A stretch of DNA of 64,000 bases. Origin: Acidobacteriota bacterium (GTDB lineage: Bacteria > Acidobacteriota > Thermoanaerobaculia > Multivoradales > UBA5704). Location: the NCBI GenBank assembly GCA_040005235.1, contig JBDTZG010000008.1, positions 71,096 to 135,095 of the forward strand. The letters run 5' to 3'. The position numbers and the translations under genes were made by a program. The notes beneath the pieces were generated by a model that saw nothing but the letters and a program-made list of their open reading frames with translations, had not been told where the DNA came from and did no database searches. Below are positions 48,290 through 57,500 of the stretch, piece after piece. Each line of letters begins with the position of its first letter. The first letter of the stretch is position 1.

Positions 48290-49578
48290 ACCGAGATGAG
48301 CTGCTCGCCGCATTCCACGAGGTCCGCGGATTGTCCCGGGAGCTGGTGCAACCGCTCGCGCCGGAGGTCTGGCGCATTCAGTCGATGCCTGATGTAAGCC
48401 CTCCCTGGTGGAACCTCGGACATACGAGCTGGTTTTTCGCCCGCAACGTCCTCGCCTCTTGGGGGCGCGAGGTGGCGGAAGACGGCCGGCTCGAATTCGT
48501 CCTCAACTCCTATTACGAATCGGTCGGGCCGCGGATCGAGCGCCACCGCCGCGGCTCGCTCACCCGGCCGGGCAACGACGAGGTGCTCGCTTACCGGGCT
48601 TCCGTCGACGGCCGGATGGAGACGCTGATCGCCGACGTGCCGGAGAGCGATTGGGAGAGCTTCGAGTTCCTGGTGAGGACCGGCCTGGAGCACGAGCAGC
48701 AACACCAGGAGCTGCTGCTCACGGAGGTCAAGAACATCCTCGCGAACGATCCTCCCGAGCTGCGGGCGATCTATGCGCCGCTCACGCCGGAAGCCGCACC
48801 GGGAGGCGGAAACTCCACCTGGATCGGCTTCGAGGGCGGCCTGGTCGAGATCGGCAACGTCGAAGGGGGCTGGTGCTGGGACAACGAGCTGCCGGTCCAT
48901 AAGAGCTGGCTCGAACCGTTCGCCCTGGCGAACCGCCTGGTGACGGCCGGCGAGTACATCGAGTTCATCGAAGACGGCGGCTACGAAAAGCCGCTGCTCT
49001 GGCTGGCGAACGGCTGGGGCCAGGCGAAGCAGCAGGGCTGGCACGCGCCGCTCTATTGGCGGACCTGCTGGGACACGGGGGATGAGTGGGCGGCGTGGAC
49101 GTTGTCCGGCGAGCGGAGGGTCGACCGGAAAGAGCCGGTCTCCCACCTCAGTTTCTACGAAGCCGACGCCTATGCGCGCTGGAAAGGGGAGACTGATACA
49201 GCCTGGAAGGGCGCCCGCCTGCCCACCGAGCGCGAATGGGAGCACGGCGCGCGCCTCGGCGGATTCGACCCCGCCGTTGGCAATCATTTGGAGAATCGGG
49301 CATTTCATCCGCTCCCCGCGCCCGCGGGCGAGGGCCTGTCCCAAATGGCCGGCGATCTCTGGGAATGGACGACCAATCATTACGAGCCCTATCCGGGCTA
49401 CGCACCGTTCGACGGCAACCTGATGGAGTACAACGGGAAGTTCATGGACAACCAGCGCGTGCTGCGCGGCGGCTCGTGCGCGACTCCGCGCTCGCACATC
49501 CGGCCCAGCTACCGCAATTTCTGGCCGGCCGACACCCGGTTTCAGCTCACCGGGATTCGGCTCGCCAAGGGAACATAA
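48286..49578 (+). CDS. egtB: Ergothioneine-pathway sulfoxide synthase (DinB + FGE-sulfatase domains)
   Basis: QSMPDVSPP, GHTSWFF, NSYYE, HEQQHQELL, RLPTE.EWE, EYNGKFM, VLRGGS, YRNF. Confidence 0.9.
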   Translation: MNRDELLAAFHEVRGLSRELVQPLAPEVWRIQSMPDVSPPWWNLGHTSWFFARNVLASWGREVAEDGRLEFVLNSYYESVGPRIERHRRGSLTRPGNDEVLAYRASVDGRMETLIADVPESDWESFEFLVRTGLEHEQQHQELLLTEVKNILANDPPELRAIYAPLTPEAAPGGGNSTWIGFEGGLVEIGNVEGGWCWDNELPVHKSWLEPFALANRLVTAGEYIEFIEDGGYEKPLLWLANGWGQAKQQGWHAPLYWRTCWDTGDEWAAWTLSGERRVDRKEPVSHLSFYEADAYARWKGETDTAWKGARLPTEREWEHGARLGGFDPAVGNHLENRAFHPLPAPAGEGLSQMAGDLWEWTTNHYEPYPGYAPFDGNLMEYNGKFMDNQRVLRGGSCATPRSHIRPSYRNFWPADTRFQLTGIRLAKGT

Positions 49579-49581
49579 GGT

Positions 49582-50502
49582 TTACGGCGGCGTGGTGGTG
49601 ACGAGCGCCGCGGCATAGGCGACCGCCTCTCCGGCGAGCGACAGGACATGCCCTCCGAGGACGATCGGCAGCCCCCCGACGAACGCGCCGAGCTGCGCCG
49701 ATCGGTAGGCGTCGCGGGCGACGAACGCAGATATCCGGGCCATCCGAACCGGCAGAACCGTGGCCAGCAGGTAGCGCAGCAGCGGCGTCGTGCGGTGACC
49801 GAGCCAACCGGCACGCAGCTGGCCGTAACGCCTGCCGCGGACGAATCGCTCGCGGGCGAAGCTCGCCAGCGTCTGCTCATGGTGGTGGGCGACCGCCGCC
49901 GCCGGCTCGAACCAGAGCGTCCGCCCATTCGCGAGCAGGTTGCGCGACAGCTCGACGTCGCCCATCAGAGAATCGCTCACCGCCAGATCTCCTGCCGCAC
50001 GGAGGTGCTCGCGGTCGATCAAGAGGTTTGCGGTCGGCGCCATGTCGACCGGCCTTGCGACGCCGCGCGGCAGCCATTTGCTGAATTTGCACAGATGGAC
50101 CGCGCGATCCCACAGCCGGCCGCCGTGGCAGGCGAGCGCGCCGACCACCACCTCGCCGGTGGCCCGGTGCCGCGCGAGCAGGCGCCCCAGCCATTCACGG
50201 TCGGCATAGCAGTCGGGGTCGGTGAACACGATCACCGGCGCGAGCGAATGACCGACTCCGACCCGGCGCGCGGCCTGCGGCAGCAGGCGGCTCGCGCTGC
50301 GCAGGAAGCGAACGCGAGGGAAGCGCTCGCGCACCAGCCGCTCCGACGTGCCGTCCGGGCCGCTGTCGATCACGATCGTCTCGAAATCCGTGAAAGTCTG
50401 CCGCTCCAACGCTTCCAGGCAGGCGAGAATCGTCGAGTGCGAGTCGTAGGCGGGAATGACGACCGAGAGCGCGGGGATATGCCCCGAAGAACGCCCGGTC
50501 AT
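49582..50502 (-). CDS. Glycosyltransferase family 2
   Basis: SVVIPAY, VIDSGPD, FTDPDC, C-terminal hydrophobic helices. Confidence 0.85.
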   Translation of the reverse strand: MTGRSSGHIPALSVVIPAYDSHSTILACLEALERQTFTDFETIVIDSGPDGTSERLVRERFPRVRFLRSASRLLPQAARRVGVGHSLAPVIVFTDPDCYADREWLGRLLARHRATGEVVVGALACHGGRLWDRAVHLCKFSKWLPRGVARPVDMAPTANLLIDREHLRAAGDLAVSDSLMGDVELSRNLLANGRTLWFEPAAAVAHHHEQTLASFARERFVRGRRYGQLRAGWLGHRTTPLLRYLLATVLPVRMARISAFVARDAYRSAQLGAFVGGLPIVLGGHVLSLAGEAVAYAAALVTTTPP

Positions 50503-51443
50503 GCCGGCCCCGGGGCGCGGCGCTCGTTCATCTCGAACCAGGTGAAACGGGCCTCGGCATCGCCCGGTCCGAGCAGCAGGCCCGCCGAATGGCCGAGCGC
50601 CGCCACGACCGCGACCGCGGCGATCCGCGGCAGGCCCCGGGCCGCTATCCCGAGCAGGTCGGGCCGCTCCTTGGCGAGCCAGTGCATCAGACGGATCACC
50701 GAATAGATCGGGATGATCGGGGTCGCCGCGAGATACCCCCAGCGACGCGCGGACGACCAGCCGAACGCCTTGGCGCGTTCATGGGCATAGATCCGATTCC
50801 ACAGATAGCGCCCGCGGGAGGCGCTCCTTAGGTCGCTTTCGTTCAAGTGCGCGAGCTTCGCCGCCGGTTCGAGCAGCAGGCGATGGCCGTCCGCGGTCAA
50901 CTTTAAGTGGAGCACGATCTCCGCCCGCAGATACTCTTCCAGCCGGTCGCCGTAGGCCAGCAGCGCCTCTCGCTTCCACGAGCTGTTGTGCCCCGGCAGC
51001 ATGACGCGCTCGCCGCGCGCCGCGCCGGGATAAAACATCTGGTAGTTGACGACGTGGATCGATCGGCTGAACGGCACGTTCGCATTGCCGTTGTGGACCT
51101 CCGGCCCGACCCCCGCGTGGGACCCGCGATGTGCCTCGATCAGCGCCGCCGCCCATCCGGGGAAGGCTCGGCAATGCTCCTCGACGAACGTCACGACGGG
51201 AGCCCGCGCCTCTTCGACACCCCGTGCCTTGACCACCGAAAACAGCGTTTCGGGGGGCAGGCGTTTGATGATCACGCTCGGGTGATCGCTGCCTCGGATC
51301 GGCTCCGGTTCCCCCGGAGCCAGGTCATAGAGCAGGATCTCGATCCGCTCGATCCCCTCCTGCGCAAGCAGAGAGGCCAGGCAGGCGGGCGCACGGTCGC
51401 GCCGCTCGCCGACGGCGAGGATCACGGAGAGATCTGGCGTCAT
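50499..51443 (-). CDS. GT2-like glycosyltransferase
   Basis: MTPDLSVILAV, VVTFVEEHC (variant of the DxD motif), GHNSSWKR, C-terminal helices; ATGA overlap with the next GT2. Confidence 0.75.
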   Translation of the reverse strand: MTPDLSVILAVGERRDRAPACLASLLAQEGIERIEILLYDLAPGEPEPIRGSDHPSVIIKRLPPETLFSVVKARGVEEARAPVVTFVEEHCRAFPGWAAALIEAHRGSHAGVGPEVHNGNANVPFSRSIHVVNYQMFYPGAARGERVMLPGHNSSWKREALLAYGDRLEEYLRAEIVLHLKLTADGHRLLLEPAAKLAHLNESDLRSASRGRYLWNRIYAHERAKAFGWSSARRWGYLAATPIIPIYSVIRLMHWLAKERPDLLGIAARGLPRIAAVAVVAALGHSAGLLLGPGDAEARFTWFEMNERRAPGPA

Positions 51444-51527
51444 GATGGCGGCGGACTCTAACAGAGCGGCGGCGCGGATTTCGGCTTCCTTCGAACCCCC
51501 CACCCCGCTACACTACGCGCCCAAGAT

Positions 51528-52610
51528 ATGAAGACCTGGCTTCGCCCTTCGCTCTCCTGGCTGCTGATCTGCGTGCCGATCGCCGCGGTGTTGGAGCATT
51601 CCATGCCCGAGCGACAGGTGCTGATCTTCTTCTTCGCCTGCGCCGCGGTGATTCCGCTCGCCGGCTGGATGGGCCGGGCGACCGAGCATCTCGCCGAACA
51701 TGCGGGCGAAGGGGTCGGCGGCCTCTTAAACGCCACGTTCGGCAACGCGGCCGAGATGATCATCGCGATCATGGCCCTCCGCAAAGGGCTCTACCCGGTG
51801 GTGAAGGCGTCGCTCACCGGCTCGATCATCGGCAACATCCTGCTCGTGCTCGGCGCCGCGGTCCTCTCGGGCGGGTTGAAATACAAAGCGCAGCGCTTCA
51901 ACGCCACGGCGGCTCGTTCGCAATCGACCATGCTCCTTTTGGCCGCGGTGGGGCTGATCGCGCCGGCCGCGTTTCACCACATGGCGGGCAAGAACGCCCA
52001 GCTGATCGAGGGGCGGCTGTCGTTCGACATCTCGTGGGTTTTGCTCGCCACCTACGTCTGCGGCCTGATCTTCGCGCTGGTCACCCACAAGAGCCTGTTC
52101 GCCGGCGAGGGCGGGCACAGCCAGTCGGCGGAAGGCGGCCCGCCCTGGAGCATCAAGAAAGCGCTCGGCATCCTCGCGGTCGCAACCGGGCTGGTTGCCT
52201 GGATGAGCGAGATCCTGGTCGGCGCGGTCGAAGAGGCGGCGCGATCGCTCGGCATGACCGAGGTCTTCATCGGCGTAGTGGTCGTCGCGATCATCGGCAA
52301 CGCCGCGGAGCATTCGACCGCCGTGGTAGCGGCGCGGCGCAACCGGATGGACCTGTCGATCGGCATCGCCATCGGTTCGAGCGTGCAGATCGCGATCTTC
52401 GTGGCGCCGCTCCTGGTCCTGCTCTCCTACTTGATGGGGCCCCGGCCGATGGACCTCGTGTTCACCCTGCCGGAGGTGCTCGCGGTCACGGTGGCGATCG
52501 TCGTCGCGACCCAGATCGCGAGCGACGGCGAGTCGAACTGGCTCGAAGGGGCGCAGCTGCTCGCCGTCTATCTGATCCTCGGAATGGTGTTCTTCTTCCT
52601 GCCCGGCTGA
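51528..52610 (+). CDS. Ca2+/H+ antiporter (CaCA/CAX family)
   Basis: Alpha repeats [10 protein letters not shown] and [27 protein letters not shown]. Confidence 0.95.
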   Translation: MKTWLRPSLSWLLICVPIAAVLEHSMPERQVLIFFFACAAVIPLAGWMGRATEHLAEHAGEGVGGLLNATFGNAAEMIIAIMALRKGLYPVVKASLTGSIIGNILLVLGAAVLSGGLKYKAQRFNATAARSQSTMLLLAAVGLIAPAAFHHMAGKNAQLIEGRLSFDISWVLLATYVCGLIFALVTHKSLFAGEGGHSQSAEGGPPWSIKKALGILAVATGLVAWMSEILVGAVEEAARSLGMTEVFIGVVVVAIIGNAAEHSTAVVAARRNRMDLSIGIAIGSSVQIAIFVAPLLVLLSYLMGPRPMDLVFTLPEVLAVTVAIVVATQIASDGESNWLEGAQLLAVYLILGMVFFFLPG

Positions 52611-52638
52611 TCTCGGACGGCCGCCCCAGGGAAGAATC

Positions 52639-53508
52639 ATGAAACCGCGGGCGCCCGTTCCCTTCGCCGGACTGTTTCTCGCCGCTTTGCTCGGCGCGGC
52701 CTGCGGCAAGAACGGCGGCTCGCCGACGAGTCCGCCGCCACCGAACCCGGCGATCACGCGAGCGAACGTCATCGCGGCGCTCTTCTTGGGCGAAGGTCCG
52801 CTCCGGGCGGCCCAAGGAGCCACCTGCCTCGACACCGGCATTTGGCGCGCCTTTCCACGCGGCAGCCGCATCCGGGTTCGGCTGAGCACTGCGCTTTCAA
52901 ATGGCGAGAGAAACAACATCGACGGCTTCCTTGCCGATTTTCGCGGCCTGATCGCCGGAGCCTACCAACTGGTGATCGAGACCACGCCGGAAGAAGATCC
53001 GATCCCCGGCTTGCTCGAAGTGACCAATACCTCGCTCAACGACGCAGGCGTCGACGCCTTCTGCCGCCCCGGCACGGGAGGGTGCGCCAAATACGTCTTT
53101 CAAGCGCCCGGCATCCTCGCCGGTTCGCGAACCGTCGCGCGCCATCAGTTCGGCGGCAACGTCCACAACCACGAGCTGGTCCACGGCATCCTGGGTGTCT
53201 GCCACTTGGACGGGTTCCAGATGCCCGACGCTTTGATGACCAACCCCAACAGTTCGAGCGTCGGCACCTTGAACGGCGCAGAGCGGCAGGCGATTCAGGC
53301 GGTGATGCGCTCGGGGCTCTCGGGAGGCGCCACCCGTGCCGACTTCGAGCGGCTCGGCCTGATCGATCCGGCCGGCACGAGCGGAACGAGCGGAACGCTG
53401 TCGAGCCCGGGTTTTGGAGCGGGCGGCGGAGCCGACGACCCGCCGATCCTGCGCAAGAATCGACGCGAAGGAGGAGGAGCGGCGGTGCGCGAGAGAGAGC
53501 GGCAATAA
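52639..53508 (+). CDS. Lipoprotein with zincin metallopeptidase motif
   Basis: Lipobox-like GAAC, Pro linker, HELVHGILGVCH, downstream Met-turn-like DALM. Confidence 0.7.
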   Translation: MKPRAPVPFAGLFLAALLGAACGKNGGSPTSPPPPNPAITRANVIAALFLGEGPLRAAQGATCLDTGIWRAFPRGSRIRVRLSTALSNGERNNIDGFLADFRGLIAGAYQLVIETTPEEDPIPGLLEVTNTSLNDAGVDAFCRPGTGGCAKYVFQAPGILAGSRTVARHQFGGNVHNHELVHGILGVCHLDGFQMPDALMTNPNSSSVGTLNGAERQAIQAVMRSGLSGGATRADFERLGLIDPAGTSGTSGTLSSPGFGAGGGADDPPILRKNRREGGGAAVRERERQ

Positions 53509-53544
53509 GGGCTCGCCCTACCCGTTCGGGCGGTTCCAGCTCGC

Positions 53545-53981
53545 AGCACGCCACCTTACAGTAGGACTCCGATCCCGAGGAGTCGCGATGCCTGAGGAAA
53601 CGAGCTCGAACGGCCGGCATGTCTTGTTGAGTACCCTCTCCTTCGCGGTCTGTTTTGCCGCCTGGGGCTTGATCTCGGCCTTCGCGCCCCGGTTTCGCGA
53701 GCAGTTCGGCCTCTCGGCGACACAGACCGCCTTCCTGGTCGCCGTGCCGGTGTTGCTCGGGGCGCTTGCGCGCATTCCGGTCGGTCTGCTCGCCGATCGC
53801 TTTGGCGGGCGGTGGGTGTTCTCGATCCTGATGCTCGTGGTCGCCGTGCCGGCGTGGCTCGTGCCGGGTGCGACGACCTACCGGTCGCTCCTGGTCGTCG
53901 CGTTCTTCTTAGGTCTCGCCGGTTCGTCGTTTCCGGTCGGGGTCGGCTACGTGTCGCGCTGGACGCCGCCCGCCCGCCAGG
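53545..53981 (+). repeat. Direct repeat copy 1 (437 bp): narK upstream region and 5' end, truncated
   Basis: Reads as identical to 60583-61019 (offset 7038); a further 33 bp upstream (53512-53544) matches with 6 mismatches. Confidence 0.93.
53588..53981 (+). pseudogene. 5' fragment of the narK-like MFS gene (about 131 codons)
   Basis: MPEETSSNGRHVLL...SRWTPPARQ, the same as the start of 60626..62899, then a switch to unrelated sequence. Confidence 0.88.
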
Positions 53982-54345
53982 CCGCCACCGCCCCCCGCCT
54001 GCGCCCCTCCGAGACCCGCGCCTGCCTGCATAGCGGCCGGTTCGGCGTCGAACTGACCTGGAAGAAGGGGAACGGCGAGACCGGCCCCGGCATCGTCGCC
54101 GTGCCGACCTCCGCCTCGGCAAGCCTGTTCTCGCTGATTGTGCCCGACAACTGGTCGGCGCTGGTGAAGCTGCAAGACGGTTGCGCCGCGACGGCCAAAT
54201 GCTGGGTCTACAGCGCACGAGCGACCTCGAAGTCGAGATCCGCGTTCGTGACTCTCTGACCGGCATCGAAAGGACCTACCGCAAACCGCCAGGTGCCGCA
54301 CCGTTCGGACTGCGCGACAGGTTGGCGCTTCCCTGCGCGCCGTAG
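53982..54345 (+). pseudogene. Frameshifted 3' remnant of a secreted-protein gene carrying a Cys-containing module
   Basis: CLHSGRFGVELTW..G..G.G..NWSALVKLQDGC..WVYSA, then in another frame TSDLEVEIRVRDSLTGIERTYRKPPG..DRLALPC* (TAG 54343-54345). Family recalled from memory, not searched. Confidence 0.6.
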
Positions 54346-54549
54346 GATCTGCGCGGCGGGTAGTTGTGTCGGCAGGAGGCTCGATTCTGCCCGTCTCAAC
54401 TACTCTATTTGTCAAGCCGATACTCGAAGAGTACGATCTCGATCGTACACCTGACCTGAGTGGCGGTTAATTCTCGCGTTTCCTTTTGGGGCTCTCTAGA
54501 GAAGTTCTAGCTATTTCCAATAGCGGGCTCGAGCTTAAAGGGGACAGGC

Positions 54550-57500
54550 ATGCCTGGATCGAAGCAGCTTTTTCGACGGACCTACGCCGCACCCTTTGGC
54601 CGCTATGTCGCCGGCTCGGAGGCCGAGCCGCCGGCCAACGAGGTTCTGATCGGGCGTGCAGGCCAGCGTGCCTACTTCATCGAAATCCTCCTTCGTGCAG
54701 GAAAACGCGGCGCCTTTCTCGTGACCGGCAACCGCGGCGTCGGTAAGACTAGTTTCGTTCGTTACTGTCTTGGTGAGTACGACGAGGAGGTCTTCGAGCG
54801 CTTCTTGCGTAGCGACGTAGGGAGAGCTGTCTTCTGGGACCGACTGTTTGTCGCGCTACTCGGCGTGGTCGGGCTGTGTATCGCGTTGATGGTCTCAGAG
54901 CTGCTCGAGATCCTCGTCCTCGCCGGCAACCGACAGGGCGGCTCCGGTGCGAACACCCCCTCTCTACTCGGCTGGATCATGATCGCTCCTGTCGTGGTGG
55001 CCTGCCTCTATCCGATGCTCTATGCCTGGGAGCTCTTCTCGGAGCTTTTCCGCTATGCACGACCCACATGGTTGAAGCACCACTCGTCGATCATCAGCGC
55101 ACTGCTCACGCTCACTCTCGCGGCGCTCATCTGGCGATTTCCCCCGTTCGGTGCGCCCGCGCTCTCGATCGGTATCCTGTTTCATGTACTTGGGGGAACG
55201 TTCCTGCTTATGACGATCAAGAGGTACGGCTCGATAAATTGGCTTTGGTTCGCGCCTTTAATTCTGCTGCTGCTCACTCCTTGCATCGCGCTACCCATCG
55301 ATAGGTCAGGGAGCCCGGAACCAAATTTTCTTGCCCTCCTTGGATTCGGATTCTCTTTTGCCGCAGTCGCGGCGTGGATCACAGGCGCTGAGCACAAAAA
55401 AAAGAAAAATCAACTGGACGAAGATCCGAAGGCTCACCAGACTTACTTCGCGATCGCTATCGGATCCACTTTCGTCGCTTTTCTTTGCATCTTTTATTCC
55501 GTTCGGAACAGCTCTCTAACCGTCTTGGTCTCGTCGATCATATTTATCCTCGGTAGCTTCTTTAGTCACAAATATCACTCCGATAAACTAGTCGGCGATG
55601 GAGCGCTTAAGCCATCGACTGGCAACCCGAAAGCCATTGTTCTCCTCAGTTTCAAGGCTGTCCTCTCGATTGTCGTATGCCTGCATCTTCTCCACCCTGT
55701 GATTTCGCTATTTTCTCCGGTCAGGACAGTTGACGATTTAACATCCTCAATCCGCCCTGCGGGTTCTCTCTGGTACGTTTCAGGACGTCACGAGCACATA
55801 TTGGGGGGGAATGTAGGGCCGTGCTGGTCCCGGAGCGATCTCGGGGCGATGGATGCGCCAAAAGAAGAGCAACTCTGGATCCTCGCTCTGTGGCTGACCG
55901 CATTTTTTCTCTATCACATCGAGTACCAGTGGATCGTCCGGCCATTCCTGGCGGCGCGATCCAGCCTACCGATCGTTACACACCGACCTCCGGGCGAGGG
56001 CGAAGGGAACGGCGGCCCCGACGATCGTCGGAGGCTCCGAGGTCTGGCCCGCATGACAATCCCCTGGGTTCTCTATCGGGCGTGGCTGCCTGCAATCACG
56101 GTTTCGGTCAACCTCGGGTTCGAAACGCTCGATCACCGTCGGGTGATTCAGGCCATGCTGGTGGGACTTCAAGCGCGCTATCGCCGACTATTTCTCTCGT
56201 GGAATAGTGCCCTTGCAAACCTGGCCAGGACGATCGGCTTGCTTCTGCTGCTTACTCTGGTCGGCCTCGTTGGGGGCCGTTGCTTCAAGCTCCCAGAGTT
56301 GCCACGTCCCGCCTATACAGCCCAGCTTGATATCGCCGAGCGAGACAACTACCGACATCTCTGCGAGCTTCTCGAAGGTGCTCAGACCGGGCCGGGAGTG
56401 ACCAATCTCGTCTGCACACTTCCCTGGGGCGACGCCGCGGTGCGAGTTCTCTACTTCAATATCACAGAAGGCTTAATTTGGAAAGACTATCCTGCGCTTA
56501 GGAACCACCTGCTCCTCAAAGTCCTCCCCCTACAGATACACCCTTGGCCAGAAGCCGATCGTCCGTTTCTGACAGAAGGCATGAGCTTTCGCGTCTACCA
56601 CTTACTCATCTTCGTAGTTTTATTCATCGGTTCACGTTGGATTCTCCGTCGACTGCCCTTCCTGCCTTATCGAGATGTTCAGCGAAAGATCGACGCAATT
56701 CTGGATAGTTTGACAGCTAGCACCAGCGTCACCTCCCGGGTCGGGCGGTGGCAACCTGCACAGTGGCTCGAGGGCTTCATGATCGGCGAAAGAGTCCGTC
56801 AGATCAACCAGGAGCCTTTTGATCCTCGCTCGGTAGAATTCCTCTTTCTTCACATCCTTGAAGAGATTCAAGAAGCCGCCATCCGGCTTCCAGGTGCGCG
56901 CAATCAGCGCTTCAGTCTTCCGGTACCCGAGATTACGTTCGTCTTCGATGAACTTGACAAGCTCGGCACACGAGTCGGGTTAACCGACGAGATCAGCGTA
57001 GAGCCGCAGCAGTCCGAGATTCTCAACGCGGAGCGACGACGCTCGCTTGAACTTCACAAATTATTGGCTGATTTAAAAAATTTACTCGCTTCGGCCCCTG
57101 CCAAATTCATTTTCGTGGGTGGCCGAAATCTCCACGATGAGTGGCTCGCCGATCAGACCTCACGCTTGCCACTTCTCACGAACATATTTAGCGCTGAGGT
57201 CTACCTGCCGACCTTGCTCACCGACCGAAGTGAGCGCGAGGAACCTACAACTCTTGACCACAATATATTTCGTTTCGTTGAAGCTTCAATGGATCGTGCG
57301 CAACGGATTTACAAGCTCTCTTCGCACCGCCGACGTCAGCCGGCATTTAGTCTTCAGCTCGACCAGTGTGAGCCTGACACTTTTAATGATGACCGTTCAC
57401 CTGAGACGAGATTCGAGAGAGGAGTAAAAGGCCTGAATATTTTAACGCTGGAAGGAACGCCGGCTCCTGGCACTGACGATCTCGCGAGCGACTTCATCGA

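Noticed and set aside
48286-51443. Selenoneine (senABC) cluster made of egtB and the neighbouring glycosyltransferases
   Set aside because: The GTs are convergent GT2-type genes and no SelD-like gene is present.
53414-54259. 281-aa ORF as a normal MFS gene
   Set aside because: Chimera of a duplicated narK 5' fragment and an unrelated remnant; annotated as pseudogene pieces.
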